Source: Synechococcus sp.
GTDB lineage: Bacteria; Cyanobacteriota; Cyanobacteriia; Thermostichales; PCC-7336
Assembly: GCA_051439605.1 (NCBI GenBank)
Contig: JBFRWN010000030.1
Coordinates: forward strand, 1-53,779
Length of the DNA: 53,779 nucleotides
Direction of reading: 5' to 3'
This document shows, in pieces, positions 38,964 to 49,885 of the stretch. Within the stretch, counting starts at the first letter, position 1; the number at the start of each line of letters is the position of its first letter. A model generated the notes under the pieces. That model searched no databases. It was not told the DNA's origin and saw nothing but the letters and a program-made list of their open reading frames with translations. The position numbers were made by a program, and so were the translations under genes.

Positions 38964-39001
38964 AATACCGCTCGTTCACAATTTGGCGAGCGGTATTTTT
39001 G
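38964..39001 (+). terminator. Intrinsic terminator
   Basis: AATACCGCTCG/CGAGCGGTATT stem followed by a T run. Confidence 0.7.
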
Positions 39002-39177
39002 TTGGGTGTACTTTGCGATGGAGGGCTATGGATGAGTTTGCCCTCTCGATGATTTGGCCCCTGGCAAAGCTGGAAACAACCTCCTTGGTTGCATAGCAGG
39101 ACCCTCATCCTTCAGCATTCGAGCCGTATTGGGTATACAGGCTCATAAACTACAGTCAGAAAAAGTCTCGAATGGGA

Positions 39178-39531
39178 CTAGCCAAATGTACGACCGTTCC
39201 ACCCCCACATGTGTCCGGGGGAATCCGCAAATTCAATGTAGATGCGGTCTTTATCCACCCCCAGTGCCGTGCTCAGCTCTTGGCAGAAGGCTGTACTCAT
39301 GGCACTCGTTTTGCTGCTCCCCATTGTGCCAACACTTTTAATCTCTACGTAGCAAGCAGGGTCGGTAGTGCCACCAAATGTCATGGGCAGCCCGGATTCA
39401 AAAGCGGTCATCACGTAAGCTTCTGATTTTCCCAAATGCTGAGAGAGTCCGGCTGAAAGAGATTTCAGCAAACCTTCAACGTCCAATCCGGATGTATCTG
39501 TCATGGAGGTTTGAACTTTAATCAGTGGCAT
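39178..39531 (-). CDS. MIF/phenylpyruvate tautomerase family protein
   Basis: N-terminal catalytic Pro (MPLIKVQTS), GKSEAYVM, DRIYIEF and WGWNG motifs. Confidence 0.93.
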   Translation of the reverse strand: MPLIKVQTSMTDTSGLDVEGLLKSLSAGLSQHLGKSEAYVMTAFESGLPMTFGGTTDPACYVEIKSVGTMGSSKTSAMSTAFCQELSTALGVDKDRIYIEFADSPGHMWGWNGRTFG

Positions 39532-39685
39532 GGCGATCGCCCCAACAGTACAGCTTATGTATTACTACAGTTTCATTCCATTTTCTAAATCCTATGCGGC
39601 AAATAGCCTAAATCAATGTAGGAGCTTCTCATTCCAACCCACCAATTTCATTAGGATGTAAGCATCCCCCCTTTCCCTCGCACCC

Positions 39686-42600
39686 ATGCCCAAACGAATC
39701 GTCCTGATCGCCGGATTCGAGTCCTTCAACGCCAATCTCTACCGCCAAGCCGCAGACCAGGTCCACAAACTCTGCCCCGAAATCGAAGTCTGCGCCTTCA
39801 GCGATCGCGACATCAGCACCCAGCCAGAACGGGTCGAATCCAAACTCAACGGGGCCAGCGCCTTCTTCGGCAGCCTGCTGTTCGACTACGACCAAGTGCT
39901 GTGGCTGCGGGAACGCGTTAATACCATCCCTATCCGCCTGATCTTCGAATCTGCCTTAGAACTGATGTCCCTCACCCAACTGGGGAAATTCGCTATCGGC
40001 GACAAACCCAAAGGGATGCCCAAACCCGTCAAATTCATCCTCAGCAAGTTTGGTAACAGCCGCGAAGAAGACAAGCTGGCGGGCTATATCAGCTTTCTAA
40101 AAATCGGTCCCAAACTGCTGAAATACGTCCCGGGTCGCAAAGTCCGGGATTTGCGCAATTGGTTAACCATTTACGGATACTGGAATGCCGGAGGCACCGA
40201 AAACGTTGTCTCGCTCTTTCAATACCTAGCTGAGAACTATTTTGACGTTACTGTTGGCGCGATCGCCCCACCCGTCGAAACCCCAAACCTGGGCTTGCTG
40301 CACCCCGATTACGACGGCTACTTCGAATCCCCCCAATCCTACCTAGACTGGTACCGCAAAAAGTTTTCTGAGGCAACAGACAACCCCGTCGTCGGCATCC
40401 TGCTCTACCGCAAACACGTCATTACCCATCAGCCCTACATCCCCCAGCTGATCCGCGCCTTCCACAGCGCTAACCTCATTCCCTTGCCCATCTTCATCAA
40501 CGGCGTCGAAGGTCACGTCGCTGTCCGCGATTGGATGACCACCACCTACGAAACCGAACAAAGAGATAAGGGCAATGTCAAAACCCTGTCCTTAAAAAAG
40601 GATGCCGCCACCGTCGATGCGATCATCTCTACCATAGGCTTCCCCCTCGTGGGCGGACCCGCCGGATCGATGGAAGCGGGTCGCCAAGTTGAGGTGGCCA
40701 AACGAATATTGAGCGCTAAAAATGTCCCCTATTTCGTCTCCGCTCCGCTGCTGATTCAAGACATTCATTCCTGGACTCGAAAGGGCATCGGCGGTCTGCA
40801 ATCCGTCGTACTGTATGCCTTGCCAGAACTGGATGGGGCGATCGACCCCGTGCCGCTGGGGGGATTGGTGGGGGATGATATCTATCTAGTCCCCGATCGC
40901 ATCAAAAGACTGACTAGTCGAGTCAGTCGCTGGATCGACTTGCGTAAAAAGGCGGCAGGGAATCGCAAACTAGCCATCATTCTTTACGGATTTCCCCCCG
41001 GTTACGGCGCTACGGGAACAGCCGCCCTGCTCAATGTACCCGAGTCGTTGCTGGCTTTCCTCAAACAGCTTGAGGCGCAAGGGTACAACGTCGGGGAACT
41101 GCCCGAAACTGGCGAAGCTCTCATCGAGCAGGTGAAGGAAGCAGACGAGTTATTTGTGGGTCAGTTGCCGCAGCATTCCAACCCTGAGGAGGAAGAGGCC
41201 ACCACAACGGTGACCGTGAAGCGGTTAGATGGCTGGCTCAACACCATTCAGCGACGCCGGATTGAAAAGCAGTGGAAGTCGCTCGCAAGCAGTGGGATTC
41301 GCACGATAGGCGATCGCTATCTGTTGGGGGGCGTGCAGTGGGGCAATGTCTGGATTGGAGTCCAGCCTCCGTTGGGAATTTCCGGCGATCCCATGCGGCT
41401 GATGTTTGAGCGGGATATGACCCCCCACCCGCAATATGCCGCCTTTTACAAGTGGCTGCAGGAGGAGTTTCAAGCGGATGCAGTGGTGCATTTTGGCATG
41501 CACGGAACGGTGGAATGGCTACCCGGTGCTCCGTTGGGCAATACCGGCTATTCATGGAGCGACATCCTACTAGGAAACCTTCCAAATCTGTATATTTACG
41601 CTGCCAACAATCCCTCAGAATCTATCTTGGCCAAGCGACGGGGCTACGGTGTGCTGGTGTCCCATAACGTCCCCCCCTACGGACGGGCAGGGCTCTATAA
41701 GGAATTAATGGCCCTGCGGGATTTAATTGCTGAATATCGAGAAGATCCCGAAAAGAACTTCCCTCTCAAAGAAGCCATTTGCACCAAGATTGTGGACTCT
41801 GGCCTCTATGCCGACTGTCCAATGCCCGAGTTGGAAAAGATGGGCATGGAGTTTTCCTACGAACACACGAACCTGTTCGGTCAAGACGCCTTCGATTCCT
41901 ATTTGGTCACCCTGTACGAATACCTGCAGGTCTTGGAAAACCGCCTGTTCTCCTCTGGTCTACACGTGTTAGGTCATCCCCCCGATGCCGAGCAGCTAGC
42001 CAGCTACCTGCATGCCTACTTTGACGATCGCTTGCCGGAACCAGTTTTGGAAGAGGTCGCCCAAAACAGCGATCGCGCCACCGCCGAAGCCCTCTATCTC
42101 CAGATATTGCAGCGGGAACATGGCCTGGAGGCCCGCGACCATCTCTCCACTCAACTCCTAGACGAAGCGTTGGAAATTCGCGATCGCTTGGCCCAAACCA
42201 CCGACGAAATGACCAATCTTCTGCGGGGGCTGAATGGGGAATACATCCCCCCAGCTCCAGGAGGAGATCTGCTGCGGGATGGGCCGGGGGTGTTGCCCAC
42301 AGGCAGAAACGTCCACGCCCTCGATCCCTATCGGATGCCCTCTCCAGCGGCATTCGAGAGGGGGAAGGCGATCGCCAAGCAGATTATTGCTCAGCACCTA
42401 GCGGACAACGGCGACTATCCTGAAACCGTGGCAGTGATGCTGTGGGGCTTGGATGCCATCAAGACCAAGGGGGAATCGCTGGGGATTTTGCTGGAGCTGG
42501 TGGGGGCAGAACCGATTAAGGAAGGAACAGGCCGGATCGTGCGCTACGGCCTCAAGCCGCTGGAAGATCTCGACCACCCCCGCATTGACGTGTTGGGCAA

Positions 42601-43474
42601 CCTCTCCGGCATCTTCCGCGACAGCTTCGTCAACATCATCGAGCTGCTGGACGATCTGTTCGTAAGGGCTGCGAAAGCAGACGAAACAGAAACCCAGAAC
42701 TTTATCCGCAAGCACGCTCTGGAACTACAGGCAAAGGGAGTCGAGAACACCTCCGCCCGCCTGTTTTCCAACCCCGCCGGAGACTTTGGTTCCCTCGTCA
42801 ACGATCGCATCGTCGACTCCAATTGGGATTCGGGGGAAGAACTGGCGGACACCTGGCAGGGGCGCAATGCGTTTAGCTACGGTCGTAGCGATAAAGGCCA
42901 AGCCAGACCGGAAGTATTAAACACCCTGCTGGCCAGTACGGGCCGCGTCGTCCAGCAAATCGATTCGGTGGAATACGGACTTACGGACATTCAGGAGTAT
43001 TACGCCAATACTGGAGGGTTGAAAAAAGCGGCAGAGCTCCAGCAGGGACGTAAGGTGACGGCCAACTTTGTGGAAAGTTTTTCCCAGGACTCTACCCCCC
43101 GAGATCTGGACGAAATCCTTCGCATGGAGTACCGCACTAAGCTACTCAATCCCAAATGGGCGGAGGCGATGGCTGAGCAGGGCTCTGGAGGTGCTTACGA
43201 AATCTCGCAGCGGATGACCGCCTTAATGGGCTGGGCTGGCACGGCTGACTTCAGGGAAAACTGGGTGTACGACCAGGCCGCAGACACCTACGCTCTCGAT
43301 AGCGAGATGGTCGAACGGCTGAAGGACGCCAATCCAGAGGCATTTCGCAATATTGTGGGACGCATGCTAGAGGCCCACGGACGCGGCTTCTGGTCCCCCA
43401 GCGAAGAAAAATTGAACCAGCTGCGAGATCTTTACGATTTAACGGATGCCGAGCTGGAAGGGGTGGCAACCTGA
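39686..43474 (+). CDS. bchH: Magnesium chelatase subunit H (BchH-type, CobN/ChlH family)
   Basis: GFPLVGGPAG, HFGMHGTVEWLPG, NNPSESILAKRR, LPTGRN and RTKLLNPKW motifs. Confidence 0.93.
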   Translation: MPKRIVLIAGFESFNANLYRQAADQVHKLCPEIEVCAFSDRDISTQPERVESKLNGASAFFGSLLFDYDQVLWLRERVNTIPIRLIFESALELMSLTQLGKFAIGDKPKGMPKPVKFILSKFGNSREEDKLAGYISFLKIGPKLLKYVPGRKVRDLRNWLTIYGYWNAGGTENVVSLFQYLAENYFDVTVGAIAPPVETPNLGLLHPDYDGYFESPQSYLDWYRKKFSEATDNPVVGILLYRKHVITHQPYIPQLIRAFHSANLIPLPIFINGVEGHVAVRDWMTTTYETEQRDKGNVKTLSLKKDAATVDAIISTIGFPLVGGPAGSMEAGRQVEVAKRILSAKNVPYFVSAPLLIQDIHSWTRKGIGGLQSVVLYALPELDGAIDPVPLGGLVGDDIYLVPDRIKRLTSRVSRWIDLRKKAAGNRKLAIILYGFPPGYGATGTAALLNVPESLLAFLKQLEAQGYNVGELPETGEALIEQVKEADELFVGQLPQHSNPEEEEATTTVTVKRLDGWLNTIQRRRIEKQWKSLASSGIRTIGDRYLLGGVQWGNVWIGVQPPLGISGDPMRLMFERDMTPHPQYAAFYKWLQEEFQADAVVHFGMHGTVEWLPGAPLGNTGYSWSDILLGNLPNLYIYAANNPSESILAKRRGYGVLVSHNVPPYGRAGLYKELMALRDLIAEYREDPEKNFPLKEAICTKIVDSGLYADCPMPELEKMGMEFSYEHTNLFGQDAFDSYLVTLYEYLQVLENRLFSSGLHVLGHPPDAEQLASYLHAYFDDRLPEPVLEEVAQNSDRATAEALYLQILQREHGLEARDHLSTQLLDEALEIRDRLAQTTDEMTNLLRGLNGEYIPPAPGGDLLRDGPGVLPTGRNVHALDPYRMPSPAAFERGKAIAKQIIAQHLADNGDYPETVAVMLWGLDAIKTKGESLGILLELVGAEPIKEGTGRIVRYGLKPLEDLDHPRIDVLGNLSGIFRDSFVNIIELLDDLFVRAAKADETETQNFIRKHALELQAKGVENTSARLFSNPAGDFGSLVNDRIVDSNWDSGEELADTWQGRNAFSYGRSDKGQARPEVLNTLLASTGRVVQQIDSVEYGLTDIQEYYANTGGLKKAAELQQGRKVTANFVESFSQDSTPRDLDEILRMEYRTKLLNPKWAEAMAEQGSGGAYEISQRMTALMGWAGTADFRENWVYDQAADTYALDSEMVERLKDANPEAFRNIVGRMLEAHGRGFWSPSEEKLNQLRDLYDLTDAELEGVAT

Positions 43475-43707
43475 ACATGCCTGAGAGGTGAAAAGCGATC
43501 GCCTGCTGACATTTACCTGTAACAAATACAGGACATTTCGACCTATCCTCCAGATTGGCGTATCATACCAGTCGGCTCTGCTGCAACTGACGCTATATCA
43601 GTAGGCCGTTTCAGGCATCGCCCTCCGAGAAGTGAATTCAGGGAGGCACATCTCAGCCAGCGAACGGCCAAACAAAAAGTTTTATTCTTTTTCCATCCCC
43701 CTCGAAT

Positions 43708-45099
43708 ATGACAAATCTCACCCCCACCTCCAGCTTTAGCGTCACCATGCAGCTGCGTTTACCCAATAAGGCGGGTATGTTGGCCAAAGTGACCCAGGCG
43801 ATCGCCGAAGCAGGGGGCAACCTGGGCCATATCGAGCTGCTCGATCGTACCCTCAGCTACACGGTGCGGGAAGTGGTGGTGGATGCCAGCAGCGAAGACC
43901 ATGCCGAGACGATTGTGGAGGCGGTAAAGGAACTGCCCGACACCACCATCGAATTTGTCAGCGATCGCACGTTTACTCTGCATCGCGGCGGAAAGATTCA
44001 CATTGAAGGGAAGATCGACATCCATTCCCCCTCGGACTTGGCCATGGCCTACACCCCTGGCGTCGGTAGGGTCTGTACGGCGATCGCCCAAAACCCCGAG
44101 TCGGTATACGACCTAACCATCAAGGGCAACACCATCGGCATCGTCACCGACGGCAGCGCCGTGTTGGGGCTGGGCAACATTGGTCCGGAAGCCTCTTTGC
44201 CGGTGATGGAGGGGAAAGCAATGCTGTTTAAAAAGTTTGCTGATCTGGACGCATTTCCCCTCTGCCTCGCTACCCAAAACACCGACGAAATCGTTGAGAC
44301 TGTCGTTCGCCTGGCCCCCGCCTTCGGCGGCTTTAACTTAGAGGACATTGCCGCCCCCCGCTGCTTTGAAATCGAGCAGCGACTGAAGGAACGGCTGCAG
44401 ATGCCCATCTTTCACGATGACCAGCACGGTACGGCGATCGTGGTATTGGCAGCGTTGATCAATGCGTTGAAGGTGGTGAATAAATCTCTCAGCAATGTTC
44501 GGATTGTCATAAACGGGGCGGGAGCGGCTGGAGTGGCGATTATCCAGCTGCTCAAACAGGCGGGTGCCACCCATATCGTTGCTTGCGATCGTCAGGGCAT
44601 CATTTGCACCCAACGGCAGGACCTGAATCTGCAAAAGCAGGCAATCGCAGTTGAGTCCTCTGGATCGCTGGCAGATGCCATTGTAGGGGCCGATATCTTT
44701 ATTGGAGTCAGTACTGCTGGGGCCCTTTCGGTGGATATGGTTAAGAGCATGGCTCCCGATCGGATTGTGTTTGCGCTGGCCAACCCCGTACCGGAAATTC
44801 AACCAGAATTAGTCAGGGATGATGTCGCTGTTATGGCCACAGGACGAAGTGACTACCCCAACCAAATTAATAACGTGTTGGCATTCCCCGGAGTGTTTCG
44901 GGGGGCGATTGACTGTCGGGCAACTGCCATCGCACCGGAGATGATTCTGGCGGCGGCGGAAGCGGTGGCTAGCTTGGTACCCAGAGCCGATCTGTCTGCT
45001 GAAAATATTATTCCGTCTGCCTTTGACAATCGCGTGGCAACTGCTGTAGCTGCTGCCGTTCAACAGGCTGCCCGTTCTGTAGGGATTGCCCGGGCTTGA
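43708..45099 (+). CDS. NAD(P)-dependent malic enzyme with N-terminal ACT domain
   Basis: AYTPGV, VTDGSAVLGLG, PVMEGKA, FHDDQHGT and GAGAAG motifs. Confidence 0.95.
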   Translation: MTNLTPTSSFSVTMQLRLPNKAGMLAKVTQAIAEAGGNLGHIELLDRTLSYTVREVVVDASSEDHAETIVEAVKELPDTTIEFVSDRTFTLHRGGKIHIEGKIDIHSPSDLAMAYTPGVGRVCTAIAQNPESVYDLTIKGNTIGIVTDGSAVLGLGNIGPEASLPVMEGKAMLFKKFADLDAFPLCLATQNTDEIVETVVRLAPAFGGFNLEDIAAPRCFEIEQRLKERLQMPIFHDDQHGTAIVVLAALINALKVVNKSLSNVRIVINGAGAAGVAIIQLLKQAGATHIVACDRQGIICTQRQDLNLQKQAIAVESSGSLADAIVGADIFIGVSTAGALSVDMVKSMAPDRIVFALANPVPEIQPELVRDDVAVMATGRSDYPNQINNVLAFPGVFRGAIDCRATAIAPEMILAAAEAVASLVPRADLSAENIIPSAFDNRVATAVAAAVQQAARSVGIARA

Positions 45100-45135
45100 G
45101 CCTTCATTAGCTTTTGAAGTTTGATTTCCGATTAA

Positions 45136-45209
45136 CGCCCCCGGAAGGATTCGAACCTCCGACACCTTGGACCGGAACCAAGTGCTCTAGTCCACTGAGC
45201 TACGAGGGC
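45136..45209 (-). tRNA. trnR: tRNA-Arg (anticodon CCG)
   Basis: GCCCTCGTAGCTCAGTGGACTAGAGCACTTGGTTCCGGTCCAAGGTGTCGGAGGTTCGAATCCTTCCGGGGGCG folds as a cloverleaf; CCA not encoded. Confidence 0.97.
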
Positions 45210-45484
45210 ATCCAGGAAATAAGTTTATCAAACAGTCCTAAATAATTGCCAATTAAAAGCAAAGCTTAATCCGGACGATAGAGAGTGTCTTAAGCGTAGG
45301 GATAAGCGATCGAGAACGGCGGTCAAAGGAAGGCGCTGCAAGGCATCCACAAGGGCCGCGTGATAGAATAGGGTACTGTCTTGCGCTTGCCTTGCCTGTA
45401 TAATTTCTACCGATTTTTTAGAGTCAGTAGTTTGAATTTGAAAGGCAATCGCATACCAATTTTTTGTCTGTCTGCGGAGATTGC

Positions 45485-48079
45485 ATGAGCGGAAATATTA
45501 TTCCCACCGACCTGCGCAACGAAATGTCGCAGTCCTATCTCGAATACGCCATGAGCGTAATTGTAGGGCGGGCACTACCGGATGCGAGGGACGGTCTCAA
45601 GCCCGTGCACCGAAGAATTTTGTACGCCATGCACGAGTTAGGGATGGGCCCCGATCGCCCTTACCGCAAGTGCGCTCGCGTTGTGGGTGACGTCATTGGT
45701 AAATATCACCCCCACGGAGATACCGCAGTCTACGACGCGCTGGTGCGCATGGCTCAAGACTTTTCCATGCGCGAACGGCTGGTGGACGGCCACGGAAACT
45801 TCGGATCGATCGACAACGACCCCCCCGCGGCGATGCGATACACCGAATGTCGCCTGACCGCCTTCTCCCGCGATGGTCTCCTACAGGACATTGAAACCGA
45901 CACTGTAGACTTCGGCGATAACTACGACGGCTCCCAGCAAGAGCCGCTGGTATTGCCCGCCCGCATGCCTCAATTGCTGTTGAATGGCTCCTCCGGGATC
46001 GCGGTGGGCATGGCCACCAACATTCCCCCCCATAACCTGTCCGAACTCGTCGATGCGCTGGTAGCCTTAGTCGAAAATCCCGACCTCACTAGCCTGGAAC
46101 TCATGCAGTACGTGCCGGGGCCTGATTTCCCCACCGGCGCACTCATTCTAGGTAAGCGCGGCATTCGCGACGCCTACACCACCGGTCGCGGCTCTGTCAC
46201 CATGCGCGGCATCGCCAACATCGAGACCTTTAAGCGGGGCAACACCGATCGGGAAGCCATTATCATCACCGCGCTTCCCTACCAGACCAATAAGGCGTCC
46301 ATGATCGAGAAGATCGCGGACATGGTCAACGAAAAGCGGTTGGAGGGCATTTCCGACATTCGGGATGAGAGCGATCGCGACGGGATGCGAGTGGTGATCG
46401 AGCTGAAGCGAGATGCTTACGCTCAGGTGGTGCTCAATAATCTTTACAAGCAGACTCCACTGCAATCCAACTTCGGCGTCAACATGCTGGCGATCGTAGA
46501 GGGTGAACCGCGCACCTTAAATCTAAAAGACAGCCTGCAAGTGTTCCTCGATTTCCGCGAGGAAGTGATTGAGCGTCGCACCCGATTTAAGTTGAGAAAG
46601 GCCGAAGAGCGCGATCACATTTTGGTGGGCCTTCTGCGGGCCTTGTCCAACATCGATCGCGTCATTGCCCTGATTCGCGGTGCAGTCGATGCCCCGACGG
46701 CAAAAGCCAGCCTGCAAAACGAGTTCGAGATGTCGGAGGCACAGGCGGATGCCATTCTACAAATGCAGTTGCGTCGCCTGACAGGTCTGGAAGCTGACAA
46801 AATTCAGGCGGAACACGACGATCTCACCCTGCAAATTGCCGACTTTAAAGATATTTTGGCTCGCCGCGAGCGTGTATTGGGTATCGTCACCGAAGAACTG
46901 CAGGGTATGCAAGACAAGTTTGGGCAGGAGCGAGCCACCCAAATTTGTTTGGATGATGGGGATATTGACGATGCCGACCTGATCGAGAACCGGGAGATCG
47001 TGGTATTCGTCACCTCTCAGGGATATGTCAAGCGCCTCGATATCGAAGAGTTTGAGGTACAAGGACGAGCCACCCGCGGAAAAGCTGGCACCCGCATGAA
47101 GGAAGACGATGCCGTCGAGCACTTCTTCGCTTGCCGCAGCCACGACACCATTTTGTTCTTTAGCGATCGTGGTGTGGCCTACAAGCGGCGAGGCTATCAG
47201 TTACCCCGTGGTAGCCGTAACTCTCGCGGCACTCCTCTGCTGCAATTCCTACCCATCGGCCAAAAGGAGAAAATTACCTCTTTAGTGCCTGTATCAGAGT
47301 TCACCGACGACGAGTATTTGGTCATGCTGACGCGGGGGGGGTACGTCAAAAAGACCGCTCTATCTGCCTTTGCCAACGTTCGTTCTAACGGCCTGATTGC
47401 CATCTCTTTAGAGGAGGGGGACGAGCTGCGCTGGGTGCGACGGGCTCGACCGGAAGACGATTTGATTGTGGGGACCCAGAAGGGGATGGCCATTCGCTTC
47501 AATACCGGCAATCAACTGCGTCCGCTGGGGCGAGCGACTCGCGGCGTGCGATCGATGACTCTGAAAGAAGGGGATGTGCTGGTGAGTATGGATATTGTCT
47601 GTGCTGAAGCGATCGCCTCCGCTGAGGTGGAAGAAGGAGAAGGGTTTGCCGGTCCCTGGGTGTTGGTCATGACCAGCACCGGCTACGGCAAGCGCACCCC
47701 CATCAGCGGCTTTCGGGTACAAAACCGGGGCGGTAAAGGATTGATGGCCACGAAATTCCGCACAGACGAACAAGAGCTATCTTCGCTGCGGATTGTGAAT
47801 GCAGACGATGAAGTTATGATTGTCACCGCACGCGGCATTGTCATTCGCCAGCGGGCGGGGGCTATTACCACTCAATCGCGGATGGGCACCGGCGTGCGAG
47901 TGCAGCGGCTGGACGAGGACGATGCGCTCTGTGCGGTCACCATCGTTCCAGCGGCGATCGCAGAATCTGACGAAGACGAGGTAGGGTCTGCCGAAGCAGG
48001 GGAGGCAATTGAAGCAACCGCTGAAGTTGTTGAGGACAAGGTCGTAACGGAAGATGTGGCTGATTCCACAGAGACATAG
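45485..48079 (+). CDS. gyrA: DNA gyrase subunit A
   Basis: [24 protein letters not shown] and GyrA-box-like QGRATRGK motifs; C-terminal pinwheel repeats and acidic tail. Confidence 0.97.
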   Translation: MSGNIIPTDLRNEMSQSYLEYAMSVIVGRALPDARDGLKPVHRRILYAMHELGMGPDRPYRKCARVVGDVIGKYHPHGDTAVYDALVRMAQDFSMRERLVDGHGNFGSIDNDPPAAMRYTECRLTAFSRDGLLQDIETDTVDFGDNYDGSQQEPLVLPARMPQLLLNGSSGIAVGMATNIPPHNLSELVDALVALVENPDLTSLELMQYVPGPDFPTGALILGKRGIRDAYTTGRGSVTMRGIANIETFKRGNTDREAIIITALPYQTNKASMIEKIADMVNEKRLEGISDIRDESDRDGMRVVIELKRDAYAQVVLNNLYKQTPLQSNFGVNMLAIVEGEPRTLNLKDSLQVFLDFREEVIERRTRFKLRKAEERDHILVGLLRALSNIDRVIALIRGAVDAPTAKASLQNEFEMSEAQADAILQMQLRRLTGLEADKIQAEHDDLTLQIADFKDILARRERVLGIVTEELQGMQDKFGQERATQICLDDGDIDDADLIENREIVVFVTSQGYVKRLDIEEFEVQGRATRGKAGTRMKEDDAVEHFFACRSHDTILFFSDRGVAYKRRGYQLPRGSRNSRGTPLLQFLPIGQKEKITSLVPVSEFTDDEYLVMLTRGGYVKKTALSAFANVRSNGLIAISLEEGDELRWVRRARPEDDLIVGTQKGMAIRFNTGNQLRPLGRATRGVRSMTLKEGDVLVSMDIVCAEAIASAEVEEGEGFAGPWVLVMTSTGYGKRTPISGFRVQNRGGKGLMATKFRTDEQELSSLRIVNADDEVMIVTARGIVIRQRAGAITTQSRMGTGVRVQRLDEDDALCAVTIVPAAIAESDEDEVGSAEAGEAIEATAEVVEDKVVTEDVADSTET

Positions 48080-48140
48080 CGCCGCAACGATGTAAGCGAT
48101 CGCATAAGGGCACCACCTGTTTCCAAAGCGATTTTCGGAA

Positions 48141-48170
48141 GTGACTCTTGCATTTGCAAGAGTCATTCTT
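48141..48170. terminator. Palindromic hairpin between convergent gyrA and NERD genes
   Basis: TGACTCTTGCA-TT-TGCAAGAGTCA. Confidence 0.6.
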
Positions 48171-48282
48171 TATGTGCCTGGCCACAGTGAGTCAGCACTG
48201 TTTGCGATACAGCTTATTCGAAAGATGGCATTGCCACGTCTAGTTAAGAAAAAAATCATCAATAAATAGATTTGTTCTAGAC

Positions 48283-48981
48283 TCATCCAAGGGACTTTAG
48301 TAGAGGAACTAATCGAGTTTTATCTACAACATAAACTTGTTTGGTTTTTCCCTTGGGGATAGACACCTGAGCATCTGAGAAACAGATGATTGGCGTAACA
48401 AATTTCAATTTATTTTGTTTTTTGACTTGTAGGGCCTGCTTCATCACCTGTGAAAGAAAATTCTTTTCAAAAGCATATGTCTTACTACCCATTTGTCTCT
48501 GTAATTGTTTACCGTCTGTTATCACCAGACCTCTATGGGACTTTACATCAATGACAAAAGCCCTCTTCTTTGGAGAGATACAGAAAATATCGGCATCACC
48601 CAGTCTATTTCCAAGCCGCATTCCATACTCAATATTCCATCCCTCTTTTTTCAAGCGAGAAATGTCAACGGCAACATCTTCTTCACCTTGAGCCCCTTGG
48701 TCTGCATGTCTAGCCCGCTTCAGTAAAATTAGACCGTTACTAGCAAGCCCTATGGCAATGAGAATAAAGAAAGCGTAATAAATTGAGGGAAAACTAAGCG
48801 TCCCTTCCGATTGAGTAGCATTAGTAGATGAGATATCGGCAATCAATTTACTAAAACTATTAACAATGATGATTGGAATAACAAGGACAAAGGCAGCAGA
48901 CGCAAACATCGTCGCAGCTTTAATCCTTCTTCTCAAAGCCAACTGACGAATATTCTGACCAGCATTACGTTTTATAGACAT
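48283..48981 (-). CDS. Membrane-anchored NERD (nuclease-related domain) protein
   Basis: Two N-terminal TM segments, GAQGEE, GDADIF, FVIDVKSH and QVMKQA motifs. Confidence 0.82.
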   Translation of the reverse strand: MSIKRNAGQNIRQLALRRRIKAATMFASAAFVLVIPIIIVNSFSKLIADISSTNATQSEGTLSFPSIYYAFFILIAIGLASNGLILLKRARHADQGAQGEEDVAVDISRLKKEGWNIEYGMRLGNRLGDADIFCISPKKRAFVIDVKSHRGLVITDGKQLQRQMGSKTYAFEKNFLSQVMKQALQVKKQNKLKFVTPIICFSDAQVSIPKGKTKQVYVVDKTRLVPLLKSLG

Positions 48982-49257
48982 TTTGCAAAGCATACATTCG
49001 ACATCGACTACCCTGAGGGTTCCCAGCCATAATTACCAAAATCGCAGTAATTTCCCTTAAACTGAATTGAGTTGTATGGACTCCAGCTAGTAAGATCTCT
49101 CCTCCATTTTCTTGAGGGATATAACTGAGTGTCTCCTATTTATGATTTGCTTCTGCAGCAGCCCAATTGCCTATCCAAAATCCCGCATATCAAGACCGCT
49201 AGCTCCGGCTATTTTCGAAAGGCTGCTAGATTGAAAGCCGGTCGCGTCAGGAAACTC

Positions 49258-49758
49258 ATGAAATACCTTGTTGCTGTGTTGGACGATCGCATCGCTGCAG
49301 AATCCGCATACACAACACTTGAAAAAGCAGGCTTGCCCATGAATCGTGTGGTCATCTTGGGGCGCGGCTATCGCAGTGCAGATGAATACGGCCTTATCGA
49401 TCCCAAAGTACAGGCTATCCGGCAAATGAAGCTGATGGCATTGTGGTTGATCCCGTTCGGTTGCGTTGCAGGGGTGGCATTTAATCTGTCCACCAAGTTT
49501 GTCATCCTTGGCACTCCCCTTTACGACCAAATTCTGGGGGGATTGTTAGGAGCGATCGCAGGGGCCATGGGTAGCTTCTTCATTGGTGGAGGTGGCGGAA
49601 TCGCATTTGGTAGCGGAGATGCCCTCGTTTACCGCAACCGCCTGGAACAGGGCAAATACATTATTGTTGTGGAAGAACCGGATTTCCTAAGCCAGAATGC
49701 CGTGGCCCTATTGAGGGACTACAACCCCGAATACCTGCAGGGGTATAACGATAACTGA
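49258..49758 (+). CDS. Conserved cyanobacterial membrane protein (glycine-zipper type)
   Basis: MKYLVAVLDDRIAAE...ILGRGY.SADEYGLIDP...YRNRL..GKY. Confidence 0.8.
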   Translation: MKYLVAVLDDRIAAESAYTTLEKAGLPMNRVVILGRGYRSADEYGLIDPKVQAIRQMKLMALWLIPFGCVAGVAFNLSTKFVILGTPLYDQILGGLLGAIAGAMGSFFIGGGGGIAFGSGDALVYRNRLEQGKYIIVVEEPDFLSQNAVALLRDYNPEYLQGYNDN

Positions 49759-49885
49759 ACATCTGTTCGCGATAAAGCTTAACAATGTTTTTGCCAAACT
49801 ATTTGGCATGTAAGGTGAAAAAACTGATAAAGCTTATGTCTTGAGCACAGAAAACTCTGAATTCCATATATGGAGCATATGTACG

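Noticed and set aside
43490..43600. Fourth copy of repeat family A
   Set aside because: Only short matches (AGGACATTTC..CTATCC, GCTATA); overall alignment not convincing
45100..45300. Integrative element at tRNA-Arg
   Set aside because: No integrase and no duplicated tRNA 3' end seen; flanked by core genes
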